Notes: generated by a model not told the origin, from the sequence alone. Shown: positions 19,373 to 27,207, numbered from the stretch's first letter. The stretch: DNA of 64,000 nt from Candidatus Limnocylindrales bacterium (GCA_038325875.1 JBBQJL010000007.1:50-64049); one strand, 5' to 3'. A program made the numbers and translations.

Positions 19373-20425
19373 TCAGGCGAACCAGCCGCCCAGCTTGCCG
19401 AGCACGAGCCCGACGTAGAGCAGGTAGAGCGGCCCACCGATGAGCAGCGTCCGCGCCCGGAGCTGACGCCCGCGCAGGAGCGGCAGGAAGATGATCGCCG
19501 TCGACAGGAAGGCGATCCCCGCCGATGCGAAAGCGAGCAGCGAGTCGCTCGTCACCGCCCAGCTCTCCGAGGCGAAGACGAGGGCGACCGAGGTGGGGAT
19601 GACGCTCTGGAAGACCATCGCCCCGGTGATGTTGCCCATGGCCAGGGTGTCCTTGCCCTGGCGGACCCAGATCACGCTGTTGAACTTCTCGGGCAGCTCG
19701 GTCGCGATCGGGGCGATGATCAGGGCCAGCAGGATCTCGTCGAGGCCGAGGTTCCTCGACAGGCCCGTCACGGCGCCCACGAACAGGTACGCCCCGCCGA
19801 CGATGCAGAGCAGGGCGAGGATCACCTGGAAGCTGACGATGCGCAGGCGCGGCGGCTCGGGATGGGCGGGCCCGCGGACGTCGAGGCGATGCAGCCGGAG
19901 CGGCGCGAGATCCGGATCGCCGCCGCCGGCCTCTGCCTGGAAGTGCTCGCGCACGTAGTAGGCGTAGATCACCACGAGCACGACCGCTACGCCGATCCGC
20001 GGCCAGGTCAGGTCGGCCGGCAGGAACGCCACGGCGATGGCGAGGGCGTAGGCGACGACGAAGAACTTCATGTCGTGGACCAGGACCGTGCTGCTGACAT
20101 CGAGCGTCGCGCCCGTCTTCCGCCGCCGGACCGACAGCAGGATCGCCGTCCCGGTCACGAACATGGCCAGCGTCGCGAGCATGAACGGCGCACCCAGGAT
20201 CGCCCCGATGCCCACCTCGTCCGAGGCCGCGCTGCTCCCGGCCAGGATGGCGATGAGCGGGATCATCGTCTCCGGGAGGGCCGTCCCGACGGCCGCCAGG
20301 ACCGACCCGACGGCACCCTCGGCCAGTCCGAGCTTGTGCCCGAACCACTCGATCCCGTTGGTGAACAGCTCGGCGCCGAGGAGGATGACCAGGAATGCCA
20401 CGAGGAGGATGGGCAGGTCCGTCAT
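19373..20425 (-). CDS. Ca2+/cation antiporter (CaCA/YrbG-like sodium-calcium exchanger family)
   Basis: About 10 TM helices with two alpha-repeat motifs (GTALPETMIP and IATELPEKFNS). Confidence 0.85.
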   Translation of the reverse strand: MTDLPILLVAFLVILLGAELFTNGIEWFGHKLGLAEGAVGSVLAAVGTALPETMIPLIAILAGSSAASDEVGIGAILGAPFMLATLAMFVTGTAILLSVRRRKTGATLDVSSTVLVHDMKFFVVAYALAIAVAFLPADLTWPRIGVAVVLVVIYAYYVREHFQAEAGGGDPDLAPLRLHRLDVRGPAHPEPPRLRIVSFQVILALLCIVGGAYLFVGAVTGLSRNLGLDEILLALIIAPIATELPEKFNSVIWVRQGKDTLAMGNITGAMVFQSVIPTSVALVFASESWAVTSDSLLAFASAGIAFLSTAIIFLPLLRGRQLRARTLLIGGPLYLLYVGLVLGKLGGWFA

Positions 20426-20826
20426 CAGTGCTCCACCGCAACGCCCACGACCACCCCGACGGCGATGACCGCCAGGATCGCGACCGCGATGAGCGCCATC
20501 CGACGCTCACCGCCGGCGGCGAACCCGATCCCCGACGCCGCCACCCGGGCGAGCGGAGTCGCCAGGATGACCAGCAGCCCAAGCCACAGGAATCCCGCCG
20601 GCTGGAGGGCGACGATGTCGGCCGGGATCCGGGCCGGATCGAACGACTGGGCGTCGTCCAGGGGCGAGCTCCCGTTGGCCAGCATCAGGACGACTCCGAC
20701 GGCCATCAGACCGATACTCAGGTACGTCCCGCCGGTCAGCAGGCGGGCGATCGACCGCTCGAGGTCGCGCCCGGCCCGGCCCGGCCCGGCGGTGTTCGGG
20801 ACGCTGGTGATCGGACTGCTCGTCAT
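20425..20826 (-). CDS. DUF1634-like small membrane protein (partner of TauE/SafE)
   Basis: 133 aa, with LERSIARLLTGGTYLSIGLMAVGVVLML and three TM helices. Start and stop overlap both neighbours. This pairing with DUF81 genes is common, from memory. Confidence 0.7.
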   Translation of the reverse strand: MTSSPITSVPNTAGPGRAGRDLERSIARLLTGGTYLSIGLMAVGVVLMLANGSSPLDDAQSFDPARIPADIVALQPAGFLWLGLLVILATPLARVAASGIGFAAGGERRMALIAVAILAVIAVGVVVGVAVEH

Positions 20827-21656
20827 CGGAGCGCTCGCCCGGCCATCTGCCAGGCCGTGAACAGGAGCACCGCCAGGAACATGAAGCGGAGCACTCGGAC
20901 GTCGATCCGGTGCGCAGTCCGCGAGCCGAGCGAGGCGCCCAGGAACACGCCGACGGCCGTCGGGCCCACGATGTACGGGTCGATGCTCCCGCGCAGCAGG
21001 TAGATGATCGCGCTCGCCGCGGCGGTGATCCCGATCATCAGGTTGCTCGTCGCTGTCGCCACCCGGAGCGGCACGCCCATGGCCAGGTTCATCAGCGGCA
21101 CCTTGACGATCCCACCGCCGATCCCGAGCAGGGCCGACACGACCCCCGCGAACAGGCTCCCGACGATCCCGACGCCGAGGTGGTGGACCGCGTACGGAGG
21201 GATCTCCGGCGCGCGCGGCGATAGGACCGCCGACCCACCCGGCTGTGCCGGAAGGTCCGCCGCCGGTGGCACGTCGACCGGGGCCGGCTCGCGGTGGCGA
21301 GCCATGGTCAGGGCGATGTACACCAGGAGGACGGTGAACAGGCCGGCGAGGACCTGCTCGGACAACAGGAAGGCGACCGTCCCCCCGATGAGCGCGCCGG
21401 TCGCCGTGAACAGCTCGAGGCTCATCCCGAGGCGCAGGTTGGCCACGTGCCGTTCGAGATAGACGCTGGCCGACGCCGAGCTGGTCACGATCACCGCGAC
21501 CAGGCTCACCCCGACGGCCTCGCGAAGCGGCAGCCCGAATCCGAGGGTCAGCAGCGGCACGATCAGGATCCCGCCACCCAGGCCGAGGAGCGACCCGAAC
21601 AGGCCGGTCGCCGCTCCACCGGCGATCATCAGCAGCACGAGCCCCGCATCCGGCAT
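20823..21656 (-). CDS. Sulfite exporter TauE/SafE (DUF81) family permease
   Basis: Gly-rich TM repeats (GLGGGILIVPLL ... GIGGGIVKVPLM). ATG at 21656. Confidence 0.85.
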   Translation of the reverse strand: MPDAGLVLLMIAGGAATGLFGSLLGLGGGILIVPLLTLGFGLPLREAVGVSLVAVIVTSSASASVYLERHVANLRLGMSLELFTATGALIGGTVAFLLSEQVLAGLFTVLLVYIALTMARHREPAPVDVPPAADLPAQPGGSAVLSPRAPEIPPYAVHHLGVGIVGSLFAGVVSALLGIGGGIVKVPLMNLAMGVPLRVATATSNLMIGITAAASAIIYLLRGSIDPYIVGPTAVGVFLGASLGSRTAHRIDVRVLRFMFLAVLLFTAWQMAGRALR

Positions 21657-21687
21657 CGGCGATCCGCGCTGACGTGCCGGAACGCCG

Positions 21688-21957
21688 CTATGGACGCAGG
21701 TGCTGTGGTGCGTACGGCAGGAGCGCGACGTGCCGGGCACGCTTCAGAGCGACCGCCAGCTCGCGCTGGTGACCGGCGCACGTGCCCGTCTTGCGGCGCG
21801 GCTCGATCTTGGCCCGCTCGGACAGGTAGCGGCGGAGGCGGTTGACCTCCTTGTAGTCGATCTGGACGGTCTTGTCCGCGCAGAACGCGCAGACCTTGCG
21901 CCGTCGTCGATCGCGGTAGTAGTCGTCGCGCTTCTTGGCTCGAATGACTGGTGGCAT
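21688..21957 (-). CDS. rpsR: 30S ribosomal protein S18
   Basis: [55 protein letters not shown] is a typical S18. Confidence 0.95.
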   Translation of the reverse strand: MPPVIRAKKRDDYYRDRRRRKVCAFCADKTVQIDYKEVNRLRRYLSERAKIEPRRKTGTCAGHQRELAVALKRARHVALLPYAPQHLRP

Positions 21958-22018
21958 CTTCGTTCAGCTCTCCGTGCTGCTCGGTCGGGTCGGTCAGGGT
22001 GTCAGAAGGGCGGGGTCG

Positions 22019-22501
22019 TCAGAACGGCAGGTCGTCGAAATTGCCGCTGTCGAGGTTGTCGCCGGCTGGAGCCCCACCGTCGCCAGCGGGTGCCGGTACG
22101 GGGGCGGATGCGGATGCGGGTCGGCTCGGCCGAGAGGCCCCCGACGGGGCGCCCTCGTCGGACTCGTCACGGTTGCGCCGCTCGAGGTTCGTCACCTGGT
22201 TGGCCACGAGCTCGGTCGTATAGCGCTTGGCGCCGGTCTGGTCCTCCCACTGGCGCGTCTGGAGTCGGCCTTCGATGTAGACCTTGTTGCCCTTGCGCAG
22301 GTACTCGGCCGCGCGCTCGGCCTGCTGGCCCCAGACCACGACCCGGAACCATTCGGTCTCTTCCTGCCACTCACCGTTCTGGCCCTTGTAGTTCCGGTTC
22401 ACGGCGACCGTGAATTGGGTGACCGCCTGGCCGCTCGGGGTGTAGCGCATCTCGGGATCGCGCCCAAGATTGCCGATGATCATCGCCTTGTTCAGCGACA
22501 T
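22019..22501 (-). CDS. ssb: Single-stranded DNA-binding protein
   Basis: MSLNKAMIIGNLGRDPEMRYT...WFRVVVWGQQAE OB-fold, a Gly/Pro-rich tail, and a C-terminal DDLPF acidic tip. Confidence 0.95.
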   Translation of the reverse strand: MSLNKAMIIGNLGRDPEMRYTPSGQAVTQFTVAVNRNYKGQNGEWQEETEWFRVVVWGQQAERAAEYLRKGNKVYIEGRLQTRQWEDQTGAKRYTTELVANQVTNLERRNRDESDEGAPSGASRPSRPASASAPVPAPAGDGGAPAGDNLDSGNFDDLPF

Positions 22502-22531
22502 GGCCTCGCCTCCGGATCGTGTGGCTGGCGG

Positions 22532-22969
22532 TCAGTCGATCGCGGCCGGAGCGGCTTCGCTCTCGGACTCGTCGATCTGCTCGTCGGGCTGTTCGTCCTC
22601 CTCGTCGATGGACGACGGCAGGTCGCCCTCGTCGAGCTCGACGTCCACATCATCCTCGCCGTCACGGCGAGCCGACCTGGACGGTCGCTCGACTCTGGTG
22701 ACGAGGTGGCGCAGGAGCTCTTCGGTGATGAGCAGGCTGCGCTCGAGCTCGAGGATGGCCTCGGCGGGCGCCTCGAAGATGATGATGTGGTACGAGCCTT
22801 CACGATGTCGATCGATCGGGTAGGCCAGTCGCCGGCGGCCCCATGGGGCGACCTTGACGATCTGACCGCCGGACGAGGCGATCTGCCGGGTGGTCCGCTC
22901 GACGATCGCCTGGCTGCGATCGTCGGCGATGTCCGGCCTGAGGACGACCATGAGTTCGTAGCGGCGCAT
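22532..22969 (-). CDS. rpsF: 30S ribosomal protein S6 (with acidic C-terminal tail)
   Basis: MRRYELMVVLRPD...WGRRRLAYPI...GSYHIIIFEA. A strong SD (AGGAAGGAG) lies upstream. Confidence 0.95.
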   Translation of the reverse strand: MRRYELMVVLRPDIADDRSQAIVERTTRQIASSGGQIVKVAPWGRRRLAYPIDRHREGSYHIIIFEAPAEAILELERSLLITEELLRHLVTRVERPSRSARRDGEDDVDVELDEGDLPSSIDEEDEQPDEQIDESESEAAPAAID

Positions 22970-23123
22970 CCGCGCTCACTCCTTCCTATGGGTACGCCCC
23001 GCTGAACGATCGATCGGAGCGCGAAGCGCTCGCCCGAGCCGATGCGGAGCCGAAAGGAAACAGCGCCCAGTCTACCACGGGCTCGGGTCCGGCCCGGATC
23101 AGGGGGTTGTCGCGGCCCGTTCT

Positions 23124-23285
23124 GCCGCGCGGCTTGCCGTTCGGGCTCGGAGCCGCGGCTTGCCGTTCGGGCTCGGAACCGAGCCGCGGCTTGTCGCTCC
23201 TGGCGCCGCTCTGCCGCTCAGCCGCGGACTGCCGCTGCCTGCCGCTCAGCCGCGGCCTGCCGCTCAGCCGCGGCCTGCCGCCTCC
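23124..23285. repeat. Composite GC-rich tandem repeat array (unit A ~28 nt gccgcggcttgccgttcgggctcgga x2-3; unit B 18 nt gccgctcagccgcggcct x3)
   Basis: Read directly. The units abut each other without spacers. Lies in the rpsF/cpaE-like divergent intergenic region. Confidence 0.8.
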
Positions 23286-23607
23286 ACCGTGAGTGGTCGG
23301 AATTGGCGTCCGCAAGAGTGAGAGGGTGCTCGAAACGTGCTCTCGGAGCCTCGACCGAGCGTGCTCGACACCGTTCCCACCACTCCCGGTGGCGCGGTGC
23401 CGGCTCGTGAGAGTGCGCGCCGCGTCATACGGCCGGGGGCGGTGCTCTGGGCCGTCAGCCTCTCCGGCGGGCCATTGGCGGCCGGAGAGCACGCCCAGCA
23501 GCCCTGCCACCGGCGCGAATCCGGTGGATCTGGCAGGCCGGATGGTGATCCGGACCGCCGGGGGCGGCAGGGAGCGAGGCGAGGCTCGGCGGACTCCGGC
23601 GTCGATC

Positions 23608-23671
23608 GCAGGCGCGGATCGCGGCGGGGGTCCGGATCGCGGCGCAGGCGCGGATCGCGGCGGGGGTCCGG
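23608..23671. repeat. 36-nt period direct repeat (gcaggcgcggatcgcggcgggggtccgg x2)
   Basis: Identical 28-mers at 23608 and 23644, about 70 nt upstream of the cpaE-like start. Confidence 0.8.
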
Positions 23672-23739
23672 CCCCGGGTCGTGGCGGGCCCGATGTATCC
23701 TCACCTGCGACCGACATCCGCCGCCCACCCGGAGACGAC

Positions 23740-24963
23740 GTGCCCGCCAGTTCAATCCTGCTTCTCGATACCGATGCCCTGGCCGGCGAGGCCATTCGGA
23801 CCGTGCTGACCGGGGTCGGCTATGCGGTCGACACCGTGACCGGCGTCGCAGAGGCGATCCAGGTCGCCGCCGATCACAGCTTGGTCATCATCGACGTGAC
23901 CGGCCCGACCACGACGCCGGCCGACGTCTGCCGCGAGATCCGGGGAACGCCGAGCCTGGCGGCCGTCCCGGTCCTGTGCATGTCCGAGGCGGACGACGTC
24001 GAGGAGCGGATCCGCTTCCTGGAGGCCGGGGCGGATGACGTCGTGGCCAAGCCATTCGACCGACGCGAGCTCGAGGCCCGGGTCGAGGCCCTCCTCGTCC
24101 GCTTCCAGCGCTCGCGCGGTGCCGTTTCGGCCATCGGCGGCAGCCTGTTCGAGCAGCCCCGTCGGATGGTCGCGGTGTACAGCCCCAAGGGCGGCGTCGG
24201 GACCACCACCATCGCGGTCAACGTCGCGGTGGCCCACGCCGTCTCGCGCCCCGGACGCGTCCTCATCGTCGATCTCGACCTGCAGTTCGGCCAGGTCGCC
24301 ACCCACCTCAACATCTTCCCTCGCCAAACGGTGGCGGACCTGGCCCGTGACGAGCAGTCCCAGCGCGAGCCCGAGCTGCTCCGGACCTATACCAGCCGCC
24401 ACGAGGCGTCCGGGCTGGACGTCCTTGCCGCGCCGGGTTCGCCGGAGCTGGCCGAACTGGTCACCGCCGCCCACGTCGAGCGGATCCTCGAGACGGCCCT
24501 GCTGGCGTACGAGGCGGTCGTTGTCGATGCCGGTTCGACCCTCGACGAGCGGTCGCTCGCGGCCCTCGAGGGAGCCGAGGTGGTCCTCCTGCCGGTCTAC
24601 CCCGAGATCTCCGCGCTCAAGGCCGTCCACTCGTTCCTTGACTTCGTGAACGAGGCCGGCTCGATCGCGTCGAAGACCACGTTCGTGCTCAACAGCATGT
24701 TCGCCAAAGAGCTCCTGAAGATGCGCGATGTCGAAAGCGGGCTCGGTGCCAAAGTCTCGCTGACCCTGCCCTACGACCCGCTCCTGTACCTGAAGGCTGT
24801 CAACGAGGGCAACCCGGTGGTCATCGGAGCGGCCCGGACGCCGGTCGCCGCCGCCATGACGAGGCTGGCCACGGCCGCCTTCGGCAGCGCGGCTGCACAG
24901 GCGAAGACTCCCGCCGACGAGAAGAAGTCACGCGGCCTGGGCGGCCTGCTCAAGCGCACCTGA
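23740..24963 (+). CDS. Response-regulator receiver domain fused to TadZ/CpaE-like ParA/MinD-family ATPase
   Basis: REC: ILLLDTD...LVIIDV...CMSEADD...VVAKPF. ATPase: VAVYSPKGGVGTTTIAVN (deviant Walker A without the second Lys) and VVVDAG. GTG at 23740 is preceded by GGAGA; the track N-terminal 149 aa are not coding-like. Confidence 0.85.
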   Translation: MPASSILLLDTDALAGEAIRTVLTGVGYAVDTVTGVAEAIQVAADHSLVIIDVTGPTTTPADVCREIRGTPSLAAVPVLCMSEADDVEERIRFLEAGADDVVAKPFDRRELEARVEALLVRFQRSRGAVSAIGGSLFEQPRRMVAVYSPKGGVGTTTIAVNVAVAHAVSRPGRVLIVDLDLQFGQVATHLNIFPRQTVADLARDEQSQREPELLRTYTSRHEASGLDVLAAPGSPELAELVTAAHVERILETALLAYEAVVVDAGSTLDERSLAALEGAEVVLLPVYPEISALKAVHSFLDFVNEAGSIASKTTFVLNSMFAKELLKMRDVESGLGAKVSLTLPYDPLLYLKAVNEGNPVVIGAARTPVAAAMTRLATAAFGSAAAQAKTPADEKKSRGLGGLLKRT

Positions 24964-25111
24964 GCGGCGGCTCGAGTGCGCCGCATGCACGCGCAACGGT
25001 CCACGGCGAAGGTACGGCTTGACGCCGGGGGCATGCCCGACCAAGGTGAGGCACTCGGGCCCCGCAGCTGACTCCGAAGGCAACGACGCTCGACCGGCAC
25101 CGGTGACCATC

Positions 25112-25915
25112 ATGCGTCGTTCCCTCGTCATCCTGCTCGCAGGCGGGCTGCTGCTCCTGGCCTCACTCTCGCTCGCCAGCGTGGCCACCGCGGCGACGAT
25201 CGCCCCGACCACGACCTGCAGCAACGGTGTCGGCAACACGGGTGGCCTCGGTCGGATCTGCCGGGTCACCATCGTCAACACGATCACGGCCAGCGGCGGA
25301 TCAGCCAGGGTCACCGTGCGCGAGTGTCACGGCGCCGCGGGCAACCCACAGGCGGCCTGCACGACCAGGACGATGATCCTGGGAAAGCCGGTCAGCGTGG
25401 TCAATCAGTGCAACGACTCGATCAACAGCGGCGGCGGCACCCTCCGCTGCAGCGTCAAGGTCACCAACCTGTTCATCGGCCTCAGTCCGGGCTCGACGGC
25501 CGCCACGGTCAACCAGTGCGTCGGTTCCGGCGGCGGGATCACCACCGGCTGTGATCCCTTCCCGGCAACCACGACCGGGGCGGCGATCACGCAGTGCAAT
25601 GGCTCGGCCAACGGCGGGACCCTGGTCGGTCTCACCTGCACGGCGACCGGCAAGAAGTCTTCGGCACACGGCGTCCGGATCAACCAATGCAACGGTTCGG
25701 CCAACGGTGGCGGGGCGCTGGTCATCTGCTCCGCCAGCATCACCAACAGAACGGTGTCTTCCACGACGCCCACGATCCCGCCGACGTCCACGCTGGCGGC
25801 GGCCGACGTCCCCCGATCCGGACCGTCCCCATTGGTCTTCGTCGCGATCTTCCTCATCGCCTTTGTCGTCTTCGTCGCCGGCGGCCGAACGAGGCGGGCG
25901 ACCCGCGCCCGCTGA
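25112..25915 (+). CDS. Secreted Cys-rich repeat protein with C-terminal TM anchor / sorting-like signal
   Basis: Signal peptide MRRSLVILLAGGLLLLASLSLASVATA. Twelve Cys in six pairs form repeats such as NQCNGSANGGGALVICSASITN. The C-terminus is PPTST..PRSG..hydrophobic helix..RTRRATRAR. GC3 is high. Confidence 0.8.
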   Translation: MRRSLVILLAGGLLLLASLSLASVATAATIAPTTTCSNGVGNTGGLGRICRVTIVNTITASGGSARVTVRECHGAAGNPQAACTTRTMILGKPVSVVNQCNDSINSGGGTLRCSVKVTNLFIGLSPGSTAATVNQCVGSGGGITTGCDPFPATTTGAAITQCNGSANGGTLVGLTCTATGKKSSAHGVRINQCNGSANGGGALVICSASITNRTVSSTTPTIPPTSTLAAADVPRSGPSPLVFVAIFLIAFVVFVAGGRTRRATRAR

Positions 25916-25931
25916 ACCCGTCCTCTCCGCC

Positions 25932-26020
25932 GCGGGTCCGTGGTGCCGAAGGTGGGGTTCGAACCCACACGACCCTTGCGAGTCAGCGGAGTTTAAGTCC
26001 GCCGCGTCTGCCGGTTCCGC
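25932..26020 (-). tRNA. tRNA-Leu(UAA), copy A (A37)
   Basis: Manual cloverleaf gives a 7-bp acceptor gccgaag/cttcggc, anticodon arm gcgga-CUUAAAC-tccgc, a long variable arm, a GGTTCGAA T-loop, and an encoded CCA. Confidence 0.8.
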
Positions 26021-26051
26021 CACTTCGGCCGACGCAAGGGTAGCGCCTGGC

Positions 26052-26249
26052 TCAGACCGACTTGCCGACCGTGCGTACTCGGCGAGGCCTGGGTCGCCGA
26101 CGCGACAGCTCCCCGAATGCGAAGAACGCGACGACGCCGGCCAGGAGCGGCAGGACCGGGATCGGGGCATCTGCCCGACCGGATCGGCCGACGCTGTCGG
26201 TGCTCGTCGGCGGCATCGTCGTGATCTCGATCGAGCTCAGGACGAACAT
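26052..26249 (-). pseudogene. Chimeric small ORF: C-terminal fragment of the Cys-rich-repeat family fused to an out-of-frame flp remnant
   Basis: It encodes ...IEITTMPPTSTDSVGRSGRADAPIPVLPLLAGVVAFFAFGELSRRRPRPRRVRTVGKSV. The last 38 nt plus 26073-26089 match the flp 3' end and the GLAEYA codons, with a 79-nt deletion relative to flp at 26661-26846. Confidence 0.5.
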
Positions 26250-26491
26250 CCGCCGGCACTTGGTGATCGCCTGCCGGGTCGGGACCGGTCCACCGGCGGC
26301 CGCAATTCTGGTGGGAGTCGCGAGTCTGCGAGGCCTGTCAGCCATGATGCGGATGATCGCATGAGGGTGGCGGGGTTCAATCTGGTCCGGGTTCAAGTCA
26401 GCCGAGTCGCCGCGAGACGCACGATCAACTCGGGCGCCTGCTCGTGCCCGCTCCCCCGTCCTCGGGCGTCTTGCCGGCTACGACACAGGAA

Positions 26492-26520
26492 GGCTCCCTC
26501 GGGCCTGGCCCGCGGGAGCC
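26492..26520 (-). terminator. Candidate hairpin downstream of tRNA-Leu copy B
   Basis: A 7-bp stem GGCTCCC/GGGAGCC with a 15-nt loop. The U-tract is weak (ttcctgtgt). Confidence 0.25.
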
Positions 26521-26549
26521 TCTGAACTTAGTGTCGATGCGCCGTCTCG

Positions 26550-26638
26550 TGGTGCCGAAGGTGGGGTTCGAACCCACACGGCCCTTACGGGTCAGCGGAG
26601 CTTAAGTCCGCCGCGTCGGCCGATTCCGCCACTTCGGC
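26550..26638 (-). tRNA. tRNA-Leu(UAA), copy B (G37)
   Basis: Same cloverleaf as copy A, with anticodon loop CUUAAGC and about 10 substitutions relative to copy A. CCA is encoded. Confidence 0.85.
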
Positions 26639-26660
26639 CGACGCGAGGGTAGCGCCTGGC

Positions 26661-26846
26661 TCAGACGGACTTGCCGACCGTGCTCAGGATCTTGCTGACC
26701 TGGCCACCCAGGAACAGCAGGGCGATGATGGCGACGATCGCGATGAGCGCGAGGATGAGCGCGTACTCGGCGAGACCTTGACCGTCCTGATCGTCCCGAT
26801 CCAGGGCGATCTGGCTGCGTACGTATAGTCCGAGAAGGACCGACAT
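26661..26846 (-). CDS. flp: Flp/Fap family type IVb (Tad) pilin precursor
   Basis: 61 aa: a polar leader, then the G-QGLAEY Flp motif and the hydrophobic stretch ALILALIAIVAIIALLFLGG. A GGAG SD lies 8-11 nt upstream of the ATG. Confidence 0.85.
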   Translation of the reverse strand: MSVLLGLYVRSQIALDRDDQDGQGLAEYALILALIAIVAIIALLFLGGQVSKILSTVGKSV

Positions 26847-27074
26847 GCCGTTCTCCGTTCGTCTTGCCCGCCGATACGGCGGATGATGATGGCGTTCGCC
26901 GTGACCGGGATCGCGACGGACGACGCGGGCGGATACCCACCCTCGACGCAGGATCAGGATGGCAGCCCGGCGAGCCGCTCACGAGAGACCCGATGGTATG
27001 AGGGCGCCTACTGCAAACGTACTAGCAGACGCACCAGCTGCCGCCGCCCTTCGAGCGAGGACCAGCGGGGAGTG

Positions 27075-27150
27075 TGGAGGCGACGAGCGGATTCGAACCG
27101 CTGAATAGAGGTTTTGCAGACCTCCCCCTTAACCACTTGGGTACGTCGCC
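27075..27150 (-). tRNA. tRNA-Cys(GCA)
   Basis: Acceptor ggcgacg/cgtcgcc, anticodon loop CUGCAAA, U73 discriminator, encoded CCA. Confidence 0.9.
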
Positions 27151-27207
27151 CCGAGAACGGCCGTCGAAAAGGGGTACGGCCGGCCATTCGGTCAGTTTAC
27201 GTGGTCG

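Noticed and set aside
23124-23285. Possible CRISPR array, suggested by repeated 18-28 nt units.
   Set aside because: The units are directly adjacent or overlapping, with no unique spacers of regular length. They are degenerate, and no cas genes are present. I call this a tandem repeat, not a CRISPR array.
23290-23580. Known riboswitch (c-di-GMP-I/GEMM, which often precedes pilus genes, or cobalamin, because of a GCGAAUCCGG string) or another named ncRNA such as SRP, RNase P or 6S.
   Set aside because: By eye I could not find the conserved cores on either strand: the GEMM tetraloop-receptor pair with ACGCAAAGC, the B12 box, the SRP GGAAGCAGCC motif, or RNase P GAGGAAAGUCC. I keep it only as an unclassified structured region.
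23293-23739. 149-aa N-terminal extension of the TadZ/CpaE-like protein, as given in the ORF track.
   Set aside because: The sequence is Arg/Gly/Pro-rich, translates tandem DNA repeats, and has no domain. A GTG with a GGAGA SD sits exactly at the start of the receiver domain.
26250-26396. Upstream part of track ORF 26052..26396 (MNPDQIEPRH...).
   Set aside because: GC3 is lower here, the ORF begins with a TTG in the track, and the composition is odd. Only the distal 65 codons look coding-like and homologous to the Cys-rich protein tail.
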